64,000 bases of DNA from Candidatus Multivoradales bacterium (GTDB taxonomy: Bacteria > Acidobacteriota > Thermoanaerobaculia > Multivoradales > Multivoraceae), in assembly GCA_965223325.1 (NCBI GenBank), contig CBDCWI010000002.1:2944001-3008000 (forward strand), given 5' to 3'. The first letter of the stretch is position 1; the number at the start of each line of letters is the position of its first letter. The notes below the pieces were generated by a model that was not told the DNA's origin, did not search any database, and saw only the letters and a program-made list of their open reading frames with translations. Shown here in pieces: positions 29,047 to 39,519 of this stretch. A program made the position numbers and the translations under genes.

Positions 29047-30972
29047 ATGTGCGGTATTGCCGGCTACGCCACGCTCGGAAGCGATCGGGCCATCGATCCG
29101 AGGTGGATTCGCCCGATGATCGAAACCCTCCGTCATCGAGGTCCCGACCATGAGGGTGCCGCCGTCTTCGAACAGGTCGCCATGGCGAACTCTCGCCTAG
29201 CGATTCAAGACATCGCCGGCGGCAACCAGCCAATGGCGAACGCTGACGAGAGCACCGTCGTTGTCTACAACGGTGAGCTCTACAACACACCAGAGCTACG
29301 CGCAGAGCTCGAGCGCGAGGGCGTAGTGTTCCAAACGCATTGCGACACGGAGGTCCTGATACACCTCTACGATCGCGACGGTGTCGATTTTCTCGAGCAG
29401 CTCAACGGCATGTTCGCGGTCTGCGTCTACGATCGCACACGACAACGCGTGCTCCTGGCGCGTGATCGATTTGGTGTGAAGCCCCTCGTGTGGTCGTACC
29501 ACGACGGTCAACTGGCGTTTGCGAGCGAGATCAAGGCTCTTCGATGCCTTCCCAGCTTCGACTCCTCGCTGTCACCCGAAGGGCTCTCGACCTTTCTTGG
29601 CCTCTTCTACATTCCGGACCCCTGGACGATCTACGCAAACGTCCAGAAACTGCGCCCGGGTCACTTTCTTCTTCTCGACGCCAGCGGCCTTTCGGACCAG
29701 CCGTACTTTCAACTCGATTTCGGAAACGGCGAAGACCCGGGGGCAGAGGAGGCGGCGACAGCAACAGCTCGGCTGCTCGAGCAGTCGGTGCGCCGACAGT
29801 TGCTCTCCGACGTTCCGGTAGGAGTCCTTCTGAGCGGCGGGCTCGACTCGCGTTCCATGTTGGCTTGGGCCTCGGCCAACCAACCCGCGACGCGGGCGTT
29901 CACGATCGGTTTCGAAGAGGCCACCTTCGATGAGGGCAACGAGGCCCGCTACTGGGCACGCGCCTTCGAAAGCAAGCACGAGACCCTGTTGTTCGACGAA
30001 GAGCGTTTCTGCGGAGATCTGCTCGAACGCCAACGCCACCTCGACGAGCCTTACGCCCTCTGGTGCAACGTGGCGACCGGGGCCCTGGCGCAGACGATTC
30101 GGGAGGCCGGCTACAAGGTTGTCTTGAGCGGCGAAGGTGGTGACGAGTTGTTTCTGGGCTACCCCACGATCCATGCGGCCAACGTCGCGCGGGCCTATCG
30201 TCACGTCCCTCGACTCATTCGCGAACCGGTGCGCACCCTTGTCCGGGCGCTCCCGGCGGGCGATGGGAGGTTGCCCTTCACCTTCAAGCTCAAGAGCTTC
30301 CTGAGCGCCATCGACCCCAGCCTCGTGCGCACCTTCTTTGGCTTCAAAGAAGTGGTGCGCCACTGCGAGTGGGGACGGCTCCTAACCCCCGAGGCCATGG
30401 CGATGGTGGGCTCGATCGATCCGGCCGTTGCCTTCGAGCAGCACCGTGAACAGATCGCGGACCTGCATTGGGTCGACGCGCTTTCCTACCTGGATTTCAA
30501 GGTCTTTCTGCCCGGCTGCAGCTTCGTGGGCAACGACAACGCGTACATGAGCGAGTCGGTCGAAACGCGCGTCCCGATGATGGACAACGATCTCGTCGAC
30601 TTCGTCGGATCTTTGCCGGCGTCACGTCGCTTTCACCCAACGCGTCTGAAACCCATCCTCCGGCGGGCGCTACTGGAGCACGCACCGGCACCGCCAGGGG
30701 CGACAGCGGAGCGTGCCCGTCAGTACAGGAAGAACGGCTTCGAGATCCCAGCACAGACATGGCTCGCGGATCGGTCGACAAGGGATGCTTCCTTTCGCGA
30801 AATGCTCGGTCGTCTGCTCTCGCGAGACCGAGTTGCTAAGGCGGGCTTCTTCCAACCAGACACCGTTAGAGCGCTGTTCTCCGACCAGTTGAGTGGTCGC
30901 CAGAACAACGAGCGCGTTCTCCAGGCCATCATGAGCTTGAACGTCTTTCTGGAAGGGAGCTACGAGCCATGA
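29047..30972 (+). CDS. asnB: Asparagine synthase (glutamine-hydrolysing) family amidotransferase
   Basis: MCGIAG, HRGPD, NGELYN, ARDRFGVKPL, LSGGLDS, LSGEGGDELF.GY; in a glycan cluster, so probably amidates a sugar. Confidence 0.9.
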   Translation: MCGIAGYATLGSDRAIDPRWIRPMIETLRHRGPDHEGAAVFEQVAMANSRLAIQDIAGGNQPMANADESTVVVYNGELYNTPELRAELEREGVVFQTHCDTEVLIHLYDRDGVDFLEQLNGMFAVCVYDRTRQRVLLARDRFGVKPLVWSYHDGQLAFASEIKALRCLPSFDSSLSPEGLSTFLGLFYIPDPWTIYANVQKLRPGHFLLLDASGLSDQPYFQLDFGNGEDPGAEEAATATARLLEQSVRRQLLSDVPVGVLLSGGLDSRSMLAWASANQPATRAFTIGFEEATFDEGNEARYWARAFESKHETLLFDEERFCGDLLERQRHLDEPYALWCNVATGALAQTIREAGYKVVLSGEGGDELFLGYPTIHAANVARAYRHVPRLIREPVRTLVRALPAGDGRLPFTFKLKSFLSAIDPSLVRTFFGFKEVVRHCEWGRLLTPEAMAMVGSIDPAVAFEQHREQIADLHWVDALSYLDFKVFLPGCSFVGNDNAYMSESVETRVPMMDNDLVDFVGSLPASRRFHPTRLKPILRRALLEHAPAPPGATAERARQYRKNGFEIPAQTWLADRSTRDASFREMLGRLLSRDRVAKAGFFQPDTVRALFSDQLSGRQNNERVLQAIMSLNVFLEGSYEP

Positions 30973-32732
30973 GAAACCCGAATCGGGGAGGGCCGGGTGG
31001 CCGGCCGCGACTGGCCGTCGACCTTCTCATCGTGTTCCTTTTTCTCGCTTTCGCGGCCCTCTTCCACCTGGGCCGCATGAGCCAACCTTGGTTGACAGAA
31101 CCTGGCGAGAGTGACGCGCAGGACATCGCGGCAATGATTGCCGGCCGAACGAATCCCGAGCTCTTCGTCGGCGACATGCTGCTCGGTGACAAACAGAACT
31201 TCCACTACTACCTCACGGTTCACTTTCCGCTGGTCCAGGCAACCTTGGGCGCAGCCGGCGACTACGGCCGCGCCTACCTCTGGTGGATGGGACCGCACGT
31301 CTTTCTCCTGCTGGTTGGTGCCTACCAGCTCGGTCTGTCTCTGGGAATGACCCGGGTACCGGCGGCGGCCATGGCCGCGGCGCTCTATCCAACCGCCGCG
31401 GTTGGCTGGAGCACCTATTGGGGAATCTGGAGCGACCCGCTCCCGCGAATGACCTTCTCTGTCGTGCTCTGCTTCCTGTTGACGGTAGCTGTTCGATGGC
31501 GAGATCGCCCCGGCCGTTGGCCGCTGATCTTCCTTGCCGCCGGCCTGCTTTCCTGGGTTCACTCCGTATCCACGCCACCGGTTGGACTGGGCCTGATCTT
31601 CGGATACCTACTACTGCAGAAACCAGAACGGTGGAACTGGCCGCGTTTCCTTCTCCATCTCGTCTTGTGCGGCCTCACATTTCTCGTTGCCCTCTGCCCC
31701 TTCGCGTGGCTCTATCTGAGCGAGCATGACCACGGCTTGGTTGCCGACGCCGCACTGGTCACCGAAGGGATGAGATTTCGCTTCAGCAGTGGCTTCACGG
31801 ACTACGTTCCGGGAATCAGAAAATTCGTTTCGATCTACTTCTATCGGCACCCGATCGGTCTCATCGCCATCCTCGCTGCGATATCGGTCTGGATCGCCGG
31901 AGGGCGAGAAGAGCGCCGAATGCTTGCAATGGTCGTCGGCTGGTTGGTTGGCATCGTCCTCGGTGGGCCGTTGCTCTTCATCATCGACCAGGAGCTGGCG
32001 TCGATGCGAGGCGGTGTGCCTGTCGAGATCGACCTCATTCGCACAATTCGCTTTCTGCCGCCGCTGTTCATCGTGCTCTCGGTGTTCGGCGCCACGTTCT
32101 GGTGGAAGCGCCTGACAGAAGATCACGGCAAAGGTCTGCGGAAGGCGACCGCAACGGGCCTACTCGTTGTACTCGCTGTCTTCATGGTGCGTCTGGGAAC
32201 CCGCAGCTTGGATCCCGCCTACCACCAGCATTACCGCATTCCGTGGCGCGGTCTTCAGGTCATGCTGGGCAACCCCCCGGCTCTGGACGAAACCCTCGTT
32301 CTGCATGGAGATGCCGTCGCTGCAGTAAAGGATTACACACCGCGGGGTGCCCGAATCTTCTCGCAGGGAGTGTCACCGCCAGCGCTTCGATTGAGCGCCC
32401 TTAGACCCGTGGTCTACGCCTGGAAGGACGGCGGCTCGCTCGCCTACGCCAATCACGAAGCGTTTCTCGTCTGGTATCGCCATGCCCGTGTGCTCAAGGA
32501 GGCGGAGCGATCCGGCGACCCCGAGAGGTTGGCGGCGGCGGTTCTCGAGTCGGCTAAGGCTCTCGGAGCCGAATACCTCCTCTTTGACAAGAACGCCGTC
32601 TCGGAGAAAGCGCTTTCGAGGGATCTCGGCGATCAACTAGAGAATCCCACCTGGAGCAACTCGCGCTATACCCTGCTCCCGCTGCCAGGAGACCGGACGC
32701 CTGAGGATCGGCAACAACCCTCCAGTATCTAG
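30969..32732 (+). CDS. Polytopic membrane protein with C-terminal soluble domain (possible GT-C transferase)
   Basis: About 11-13 hydrophobic segments, an acidic first loop (ESDAQD) and a soluble C-terminus; ATGA-coupled to asnB. Confidence 0.65.
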   Translation: MRNPNRGGPGGRPRLAVDLLIVFLFLAFAALFHLGRMSQPWLTEPGESDAQDIAAMIAGRTNPELFVGDMLLGDKQNFHYYLTVHFPLVQATLGAAGDYGRAYLWWMGPHVFLLLVGAYQLGLSLGMTRVPAAAMAAALYPTAAVGWSTYWGIWSDPLPRMTFSVVLCFLLTVAVRWRDRPGRWPLIFLAAGLLSWVHSVSTPPVGLGLIFGYLLLQKPERWNWPRFLLHLVLCGLTFLVALCPFAWLYLSEHDHGLVADAALVTEGMRFRFSSGFTDYVPGIRKFVSIYFYRHPIGLIAILAAISVWIAGGREERRMLAMVVGWLVGIVLGGPLLFIIDQELASMRGGVPVEIDLIRTIRFLPPLFIVLSVFGATFWWKRLTEDHGKGLRKATATGLLVVLAVFMVRLGTRSLDPAYHQHYRIPWRGLQVMLGNPPALDETLVLHGDAVAAVKDYTPRGARIFSQGVSPPALRLSALRPVVYAWKDGGSLAYANHEAFLVWYRHARVLKEAERSGDPERLAAAVLESAKALGAEYLLFDKNAVSEKALSRDLGDQLENPTWSNSRYTLLPLPGDRTPEDRQQPSSI

Positions 32733-32773
32733 AGTCTTCCATTCTGAGACCAGAAATCGTAGGATTTGGGCCC

Positions 32774-33232
32774 ATGCGATGTCCTTTCTGCGGAGCCAAC
32801 AAAGACAAGGTCGTCGACTCTCGTGAAAGCAAAGACGGGGACACGATCCGTCGCCGGCGGGAGTGCCTCGACTGTGAGCGCCGGTTTACTTCGTACGAGC
32901 AGATCGAGCAGATCGCTTTTCGGGTGGTGAAGCGCGATGGTACGCGCGAAGACTTCAACCGACCCAAGTACCTGGCCGGACTGCTCAAGGCCTGCGAGAA
33001 ACGGCCGGTCTCTCTGCGGCAGCTCGAGGACATCGTCAGCGAAGCGGAGAACCTGGTCCAGGAAAGTGACGACCGCGAGATCGCAACGGCCGATCTCGGA
33101 AACTTCGCAATGGAGAAACTGCGGGGTCTCGACCAGGTCGCCTATGTGCGCTTCGCTTCGGTCTATCGCAAGTTCGAAGACGTTGAATCTTTCATGGATG
33201 AGCTCCGCGAACTGATCGCGCAACGCACCTGA
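32774..33232 (+). CDS. nrdR: Transcriptional repressor NrdR
   Basis: MRCPFC...VVDSR...RRRRECLDC..RFTSYE, ATP cone, DQVAYVRFASVY. Confidence 0.98.
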   Translation: MRCPFCGANKDKVVDSRESKDGDTIRRRRECLDCERRFTSYEQIEQIAFRVVKRDGTREDFNRPKYLAGLLKACEKRPVSLRQLEDIVSEAENLVQESDDREIATADLGNFAMEKLRGLDQVAYVRFASVYRKFEDVESFMDELRELIAQRT

Positions 33233-33303
33233 CGGCCGAGCCACCCCTACCCCTCTGCCTCCCTCCTTTCCGCTCGAATCTCCTGGAGACCCTTACCTCC
33301 CTC

Positions 33304-33750
33304 ATGCACGACAACGACTCCCTTTTGTTTCTTCTGTCTCGCCTACAGGAAGATCTCAACAAGTTGGTGACCGAATACATGGACCACGGTGCCGGTGAGG
33401 TGCGTGAAGACGGTTGGTCGCCCAACATCGACGTCCTCGAATCCGTGGATGAGGTCGAGATCGTCGCCGAGGTGCCGGGCTTCCAGATGGACGACCTGAC
33501 GCTCGAAGTGTCCGGTCAGAAGGTGATCTTGAGCGGTCAGAAGCGCACACGCTATGGCGACCACGACGCCAACACGTTCGATCGCCTCGAGCGCGCCCAA
33601 GGCCGCTTCCGCCGTCAGATCGATCTCGAGACTCCCGTCAACAGTTCGCTTGCCGACGCCCGCCTCGCCGGCGGTCTTCTCAGGATCACTTTCCCGCGCA
33701 TCGAGGACAAGCGGCGACAGGTGCGGGAGATGGCGATCACCGCCGACTGA
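33304..33750 (+). CDS. Hsp20/alpha-crystallin small heat-shock protein
   Basis: WSPNIDVLE, AEVPG, ER..G.F.R, A.L.GGLLRI.FP. Confidence 0.9.
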   Translation: MHDNDSLLFLLSRLQEDLNKLVTEYMDHGAGEVREDGWSPNIDVLESVDEVEIVAEVPGFQMDDLTLEVSGQKVILSGQKRTRYGDHDANTFDRLERAQGRFRRQIDLETPVNSSLADARLAGGLLRITFPRIEDKRRQVREMAITAD

Positions 33751-33834
33751 CCACCGCCTCACACCCTCGACCCTTCTCTCCCTTCCCCTCCGCCCGCCTC
33801 TCTTTTCTGCTGTACTCCCCGTCCGAGGATCAAC

Positions 33835-36216
33835 ATGACCATCCAGGAAACTTCCGCCGACGTCGAAGAACAGAGTGTCGTCCTACCCGACGTCATGCCT
33901 GTGCTGCCGCTCAAAGACGCGGTCATCTTCCCGTTCATCATCCTGCCGCTATCGGTAACTCGCGACAAGAGCGTCGAAGCTGTTGATGAAGCTCTAGCGG
34001 AGAACCGCATGATCATGCTGGTCGCGCAGCGAGATCCCCAGATCGAGGATCCGCAGCCGGAAGATCTCCACACCCGAGGCACCGCAGCCGTCATCATGCG
34101 CATGCTGAAGCTGCCCGATGGACGCATTCGCATCCTCGTTCAGGGCCTGGCGCGGGTCGACATCGAGAACATCTCGCAGAACGAGCCATTCATGAAGGCG
34201 CGCGTCAAAGCAGCCGACGAAAAAGTTCCGGGTGGCGAGGTCCTCGAGCAGCAGGCGTTGATGCGCTCGGTCCAGGAGAACCTCGAACGCGCCGCGGGGC
34301 TCGGCAAGAACATCTCGTCTGAGGTCCTGGTGATCGCCGCCAACCTCGAATCGCCCGGCCGACTCGCCGACCTCGCTGCCAGCAACCTCGAGCTGCGCGT
34401 CGAGGACGCGCAGGAGGTGCTCGAGACCGAGGATCCGGTGGCCCGCCTCAGTCAGGTCAGCGATCTCCTCGTGCGCGAGATCCAGCTCCTTCAGATGCAG
34501 CAGGAGATCTCCTCGCAGGCGCGCGGTGAGATGGACCGCAGCCAGCGCGAGTACTTTCTGCGCCAGCAGCTCAAGGCGATTCGCACCGAACTGGGTGAGA
34601 ACGAGGACCTCTCCGAAGAGATCGAGGCCTATCGCGAGACGGCGCGCGAGCGTGGCCTCAACGAAGAGGCCCACGAGGAACTCGAGCGTCAGATCCGACG
34701 GCTGGAGCGCTCACATCCAGACAGCGCCGAGCATGCCGTCATTCGTACCTATCTCGACTGGCTGACCGGCCTCCCCTGGACCATCACCAGCGAAGACTGC
34801 CTCGATCTCGAGAACGCCCGCAAGGTACTCGACGAAGACCACTTCGGTCTCGACAAGATCAAGGAACGCATCCTCGAGTACCTGGCGGTGCGGCAGTTGA
34901 AGGGCGACGCACGCGGTCCACTGCTGTGCCTGGTGGGACCGCCGGGCGTCGGCAAGACGTCTCTCGGCCGTTCGATCGCACGTGCACTGGGGCGTGAGTT
35001 CGTTCGCATTTCGCTCGGCGGCGTGCGTGACGAGGCCGAGATTCGCGGTCACCGGCGGACCTACGTCGGCGCCCTCCCGGGCCGCATCATTCAAGGCATT
35101 CATCAGGCCAAGACCAACAACCCGGTCTTCATGCTCGACGAGATCGACAAGGTCGGCGCTGACCATCGTGGTGACCCGACTTCGGCGCTGCTCGAAGTCT
35201 TCGACCCGGAGCAGAACTCGACGTTTCGTGATCACTACCTCGGCGTTCCCTACGATCTCACCAACGTCATGTTCATCACCACCGCGAACATGCTCGAACC
35301 CGTGCAGCCCGCGTTTCTCGACCGCATGGAAGTGTTGCGCCTGTCGGGTTACACCGAGGAAGAGAAACAGGAGATCGCTCGCCGTCACCTGATCCCACGC
35401 CAGCGCGCCGAGAACGGGCTCGATGAGAACCACATGATCCTGACCGCCTCGGGCGTCGACACGTTGATTCGGCGGTATACCCGCGAGGCCGGTCTACGGA
35501 ACCTCGAACGTGAGATTGGCAGCCTCTGCCGCAAGGTCGCCGTGCGCGTCGCCCGCGGCGAGAAGGACCTCGTCAAGGTCGACGACGAGAAGGTCGAGGA
35601 GTTTCTGGGCCCAGCGCGCCACTTCAGCGAAGAAATGCTCGACCGGGATCGCGTCGGCGTCTCGACCGGCCTCGCCTGGACGGCCGCCGGCGGCGACTTG
35701 ATGATGATCGAGGCGATCGCGCTGCCTGGCAAAGGCAACCTCATGTTGACCGGCCAGCTCGGCGACGTCATGAAGGAGTCCGCGCAAACCGCGGTTAGCT
35801 TTGCGCGCGGCTACCACGACGTGCACTCGGCCAACGGCAAGCCGAAATGCGAAGTCCCGAGTGAGTTCTTCTCTGAACGCGACATCCACATTCACGTCCC
35901 CGCCGGGTCGATCCCCAAAGACGGCCCGTCGGCTGGGATTACCATCGCAACTTCGATCATTTCGATCCTCACCGGACGGCCCGTCGATCGTAGTCTGGCG
36001 ATGACGGGCGAGATTACCCTGCGCGGTGAGGTCCTCCCGATTGGCGGTCTCAAAGAAAAACTGCTCGCGGCCCGGCAAGCGGGCATCAAACGAGTCTGCG
36101 TTCCAAAGCCCAATCAGCGCGACATGGCAGACATCCCGGAGAACATCCACGGCGACCTCGAGTTGCACTTCGTCGAGACCCTCGATGACGTACTCGACCT
36201 GGCCCTCCTCTCGTAG
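33835..36216 (+). CDS. lon: ATP-dependent Lon protease
   Basis: LON N domain, GPPGVGKT, IRGHRRTYVGALPG, LDEIDK, PKDGPSAG, GGLKEK. Confidence 0.98.
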   Translation: MTIQETSADVEEQSVVLPDVMPVLPLKDAVIFPFIILPLSVTRDKSVEAVDEALAENRMIMLVAQRDPQIEDPQPEDLHTRGTAAVIMRMLKLPDGRIRILVQGLARVDIENISQNEPFMKARVKAADEKVPGGEVLEQQALMRSVQENLERAAGLGKNISSEVLVIAANLESPGRLADLAASNLELRVEDAQEVLETEDPVARLSQVSDLLVREIQLLQMQQEISSQARGEMDRSQREYFLRQQLKAIRTELGENEDLSEEIEAYRETARERGLNEEAHEELERQIRRLERSHPDSAEHAVIRTYLDWLTGLPWTITSEDCLDLENARKVLDEDHFGLDKIKERILEYLAVRQLKGDARGPLLCLVGPPGVGKTSLGRSIARALGREFVRISLGGVRDEAEIRGHRRTYVGALPGRIIQGIHQAKTNNPVFMLDEIDKVGADHRGDPTSALLEVFDPEQNSTFRDHYLGVPYDLTNVMFITTANMLEPVQPAFLDRMEVLRLSGYTEEEKQEIARRHLIPRQRAENGLDENHMILTASGVDTLIRRYTREAGLRNLEREIGSLCRKVAVRVARGEKDLVKVDDEKVEEFLGPARHFSEEMLDRDRVGVSTGLAWTAAGGDLMMIEAIALPGKGNLMLTGQLGDVMKESAQTAVSFARGYHDVHSANGKPKCEVPSEFFSERDIHIHVPAGSIPKDGPSAGITIATSIISILTGRPVDRSLAMTGEITLRGEVLPIGGLKEKLLAARQAGIKRVCVPKPNQRDMADIPENIHGDLELHFVETLDDVLDLALLS

Positions 36217-36225
36217 CCGGGTACC

Positions 36226-36238
36226 TACGGGGTACTAG
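36226..36238. repeat. Solo remnant of the element terminal repeat (TACGGGGTACTAG)
   Basis: 13/13 identity to the element end, 9 nt after the lon TAG stop. Confidence 0.6.
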
Positions 36239-36274
36239 CTGAGCACCAGCCCGTCACTACATACTGCTGCCACC

Positions 36275-37300
36275 ATGGCAGCACGGAAACCGAGCGCGCA
36301 CACAAGCTCCGCCCGCTCAGAGCCAGGCAAGGGCGAGACCCGGCTGATCGAGTGGCTTCAGTCTCAGCCTGAAACTGGCGGCTTGATCGGCGACGACGCG
36401 GCCATCTTGCCGGCGGGCGGCCCCTACGTTGCGACAGTCGACTCCCAACGAAGCGCCGTGCATCTGCCCTCCGATCTGCCTCCGGCCTGGGCGGCCCGGC
36501 GCCTGGTCGCCGTCAATCTGTCGGACCTCGCCGCCATGGGAGCGCGACCACGTTGGGCCTTCTGTACCCTCGGCGCAGAGCGCGGCTACCCACGACGGGC
36601 GTTCTTACGCGCCCTCCTGCGTGAGGCCAAGCGGCATGACTTCACCCTCGCAGGCGGCGACCTGTCGTCGGCGCCTGGTCTCCAGGCGACGCTGCTCTTC
36701 CTTGGAGAGCGAGTCTCACGAGGTCGTTTTCTCGAACGCAGGAGCGCGCAACCGGGAGATGAGATCTGGATCGGCGGCACTCTCGGGGAAGCTGCCCTGG
36801 GTCTCGCGCTGCTCGAGCGCGGGGCACATATTGACGGTGCACGACTGGTGCTCCCACCGGGGTTTGAAAGATCGCTCGAGCGCGTAGGGCGTTCTGCCCT
36901 ACGCCGGCAACTGGCACCACAGCCACAGCTCGAACTCGGGGCGTGGTTGGCCCGCAGGCGGAGTCGCACGGCGGCGATTGATGTCTCGGACGGCTTCGCT
37001 TGCGACCTGCATGCCCTGTGCGCTGCCTCGGGAGTCGGTGCCGAGATCTCCTATGAGCGGCTCCCGGCGCCGCCACGACTCGGGGCCCTGGCGGCGGCCG
37101 TCGAGGCGAACGCAAGAGACGCGATCCTCGCAGGCGGCGAAGACTATGTGCTCCTCTTCACCAGGCCTCACGGCAGTGCGCGTCCGCCCATGGCGGGTTG
37201 CCGGCGCATCGGGCTGATCACCAGGAGAGAGACGGTGGTTTTGTCTGACGGACAGACCTCGCGCCCGCTACCCGCTCTGGGTTTCGACCATCTTCCCTGA
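36275..37300 (+). CDS. thiL: Thiamine-monophosphate kinase
   Basis: IGDDAA, AVNLSDLAAMGA, GGD, IDVSDG, GGEDY.LLFT, GFDH. Confidence 0.94.
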   Translation: MAARKPSAHTSSARSEPGKGETRLIEWLQSQPETGGLIGDDAAILPAGGPYVATVDSQRSAVHLPSDLPPAWAARRLVAVNLSDLAAMGARPRWAFCTLGAERGYPRRAFLRALLREAKRHDFTLAGGDLSSAPGLQATLLFLGERVSRGRFLERRSAQPGDEIWIGGTLGEAALGLALLERGAHIDGARLVLPPGFERSLERVGRSALRRQLAPQPQLELGAWLARRRSRTAAIDVSDGFACDLHALCAASGVGAEISYERLPAPPRLGALAAAVEANARDAILAGGEDYVLLFTRPHGSARPPMAGCRRIGLITRRETVVLSDGQTSRPLPALGFDHLP

Positions 37301-38005
37301 GTCGTCGCCGAAGGTGAGCCTGCCAAAGGCCGCCGGACGGTGAAAATCGACAAGCCCCGTCGGACGCCACGCCTGGTACTCGTCGCCACCTGGCGAGCGG
37401 TCGATGCGAAACAGGTTGATCGACCACTCTGGTTGCACAACGTACGCTTCGTTACCTGGCACCGTGAGAGCCCGCCACGGTATCGCCATCTCGACGGCGT
37501 AACCCTCTCCCGTCTGCCCGATCAGCGGACCCACTTCACAACGGAGTCCCACGCAGTTCCAGTCCGCCATCGTCGTGATGTCGCGCCGGCGATCACCAGG
37601 CTGGGTGCGGTTGGTGATCAGGGCATCGAAGACCGTGCCGTTCGGCGCGATATCGATCTCGAAGTACTGCCGAGCCTCGGCACACCGGCAGGGTTCGAGG
37701 AAGACCTCCACCGCATCGGCCTCGAAGACCGGGTCGTCATGATTCTCGAAGGGCGCAACAACGTGATCGTCCACGACATCGAAACGAACATGCAGAACTT
37801 CGTCCCCCCCTCGAGGCGCCGCTGTGGACCAGCCCAGTCGCACCGTGGTTTCGTGGCGCGGAGTCGCACCATCGACCACCAGGCACAGAGGCTGGAGAGA
37901 AAGCAAAGCCCAGTCACGCGGCGCGACCAACCCGCGGGCGTCGCGGGTCACGCGCGGGCAACACCAGGTCCGTGGGTTCGAAACTTCTTCTTCAGCAGGC
38001 GACAT
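37268..38005 (-). CDS. Carbohydrate-binding family 9-like (DOMON-like) protein
   Basis: DAVEVFL, YFEIDIAPNG, VEMAIPW, W..NLFRID, DFHRP..FG.L.F; start at MSPAEE; 33-nt convergent overlap with thiL. Confidence 0.75.
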   Translation of the reverse strand: MSPAEEEVSNPRTWCCPRVTRDARGLVAPRDWALLSLQPLCLVVDGATPRHETTVRLGWSTAAPRGGDEVLHVRFDVVDDHVVAPFENHDDPVFEADAVEVFLEPCRCAEARQYFEIDIAPNGTVFDALITNRTQPGDRRRDITTMADWNCVGLRCEVGPLIGQTGEGYAVEMAIPWRALTVPGNEAYVVQPEWSINLFRIDRSPGGDEYQAWRPTGLVDFHRPAAFGRLTFGDDSGKMVETQSG

Positions 38006-39281
38006 CTCGAGCTCCAACCTCGGCTGCCAACACTCGCGACGACGGTAGGAGCAGGCAAGCAAACCCGACGACCACCCCGATGATCGCACCGGCCTGCAGT
38101 ACGCGAGCGAGGTCATAGTGCTCTGCGAGCAGACCGATCGACCAGCTACCGACCGCACCCATCGTGAACAAGAAGCCCAGGGCCAACCCCGACGCCAGGC
38201 CCTTCTGCACCGGCAAGAGGCGCTGCGCGAGGACCATGAGGACGCTATGGGGCGCCCCCAGAAGACCTCCGGTCAGAAAGGCCAGGGGCAGGGCGAGCTG
38301 GCCATCGGAAACGGGCAGAAACCAGAGCGAGACCGCACCTGCAACCGTCGTGAGAGCGGCGATCTTTCGCCGGCCCCCGCGGTCGGCCGCCAGTCCTGCC
38401 AACACCCCGCACACCGCACCTCCGAACCAGAAGGCCCCGACCAGAAGGCCCTGGCGCGTCGAACTCCAACCGCGCGACTGAAACAAGAGCGGTAGAAACG
38501 CCGCGGTGCCAATCAAGATCCAGGCGCGCCCGGCGAAGATGATGGTCAGAAGCGACGCTGCACCCATTCCACCACCACCAACGGTCGTGGGCTCTGCTCG
38601 CTCGGCGCCTTCTCTCCCCGAAGGCCGGGTGGGGGATGGGTTGTGGCGCGCAGGCGTCATCGCGAGCGCCATGAACAAAGCAACCGGCACGAGGATGCCC
38701 GCCAGCAGGTACAGCCCAGTCGGGCCCCGGGTATCGAGCGCCAGGCCAGCAAGCGGCGGACCGATCGCCAGACCTACCTGCCCGAACAGGAAGAACACGG
38801 CGGTCGTGGTTGCCGCCTGACCACTCTGCGGCGTGCCAGCGTGCATCGTGCCCTGGGGGTGAAAGGCGCCCGAGCCGATCGCCGCCAGGGCGAACAAGGC
38901 GAGAAAGAGCTCGAAGCGCCTCGTCGTCACCGCCAGGTGGACTGCAAAGCACACCGAAACGACGGTCATCGTGACGCTAGCCGGCCCCAGGAATCGACTC
39001 CCCACCCGGTCGACGAGCCAGCCGAAGATCGGTTGCGTCGAACCCGCCAACATCTGATAGAGCCCGATCGCCAGTCCAACCTGCGCCGTGGAAAGACCCA
39101 GGGGAGTGCGCAGAAACGCCAACAGAACAGGCCCCATGCTGTTCCAGATGTCGATCGCGAGATGGCCCACCGTAACCGCCGCCAGCACGCGCGGGCGCGT
39201 TCGGTGGTCGGATTCCGACCCAACGGGTAGAGGCTCACCCCGGGCAGGGCTCGGAACTGGATTGCGCGGGCTCAGGTCCAT
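37992..39281 (-). CDS. MFS transporter (Fsr-like)
   Basis: H.AID, QPIFGWLVDR, GSGAFHP.G, G.AIGP; 12 TM pattern. Start uncertain. Confidence 0.85.
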   Translation of the reverse strand: MDLSPRNPVPSPARGEPLPVGSESDHRTRPRVLAAVTVGHLAIDIWNSMGPVLLAFLRTPLGLSTAQVGLAIGLYQMLAGSTQPIFGWLVDRVGSRFLGPASVTMTVVSVCFAVHLAVTTRRFELFLALFALAAIGSGAFHPQGTMHAGTPQSGQAATTTAVFFLFGQVGLAIGPPLAGLALDTRGPTGLYLLAGILVPVALFMALAMTPARHNPSPTRPSGREGAERAEPTTVGGGGMGAASLLTIIFAGRAWILIGTAAFLPLLFQSRGWSSTRQGLLVGAFWFGGAVCGVLAGLAADRGGRRKIAALTTVAGAVSLWFLPVSDGQLALPLAFLTGGLLGAPHSVLMVLAQRLLPVQKGLASGLALGFLFTMGAVGSWSIGLLAEHYDLARVLQAGAIIGVVVGFACLLLPSSRVLAAEVGARDVAC

Positions 39282-39519
39282 GTGGCGCGCGATGGTATCG
39301 CGCGGGGCCCGTAACAAATCCAAACACCTTCGGAAGAAGAAGGGCGTCAGGTACGTCGCAATCATCGCGCTGAAAGACCAAGAAGCCCATCAAAATACTC
39401 GCTACTGAAGAAATATTTTCCTGAGGCCCGTACAATGGAGGCACGCCCTGCCATTCAGCTCGCGGTCCCGCTCTCCCAGAGAGCTCCAGGATGGTTTCTC
39501 CGGAACACCCCCTACGCCC

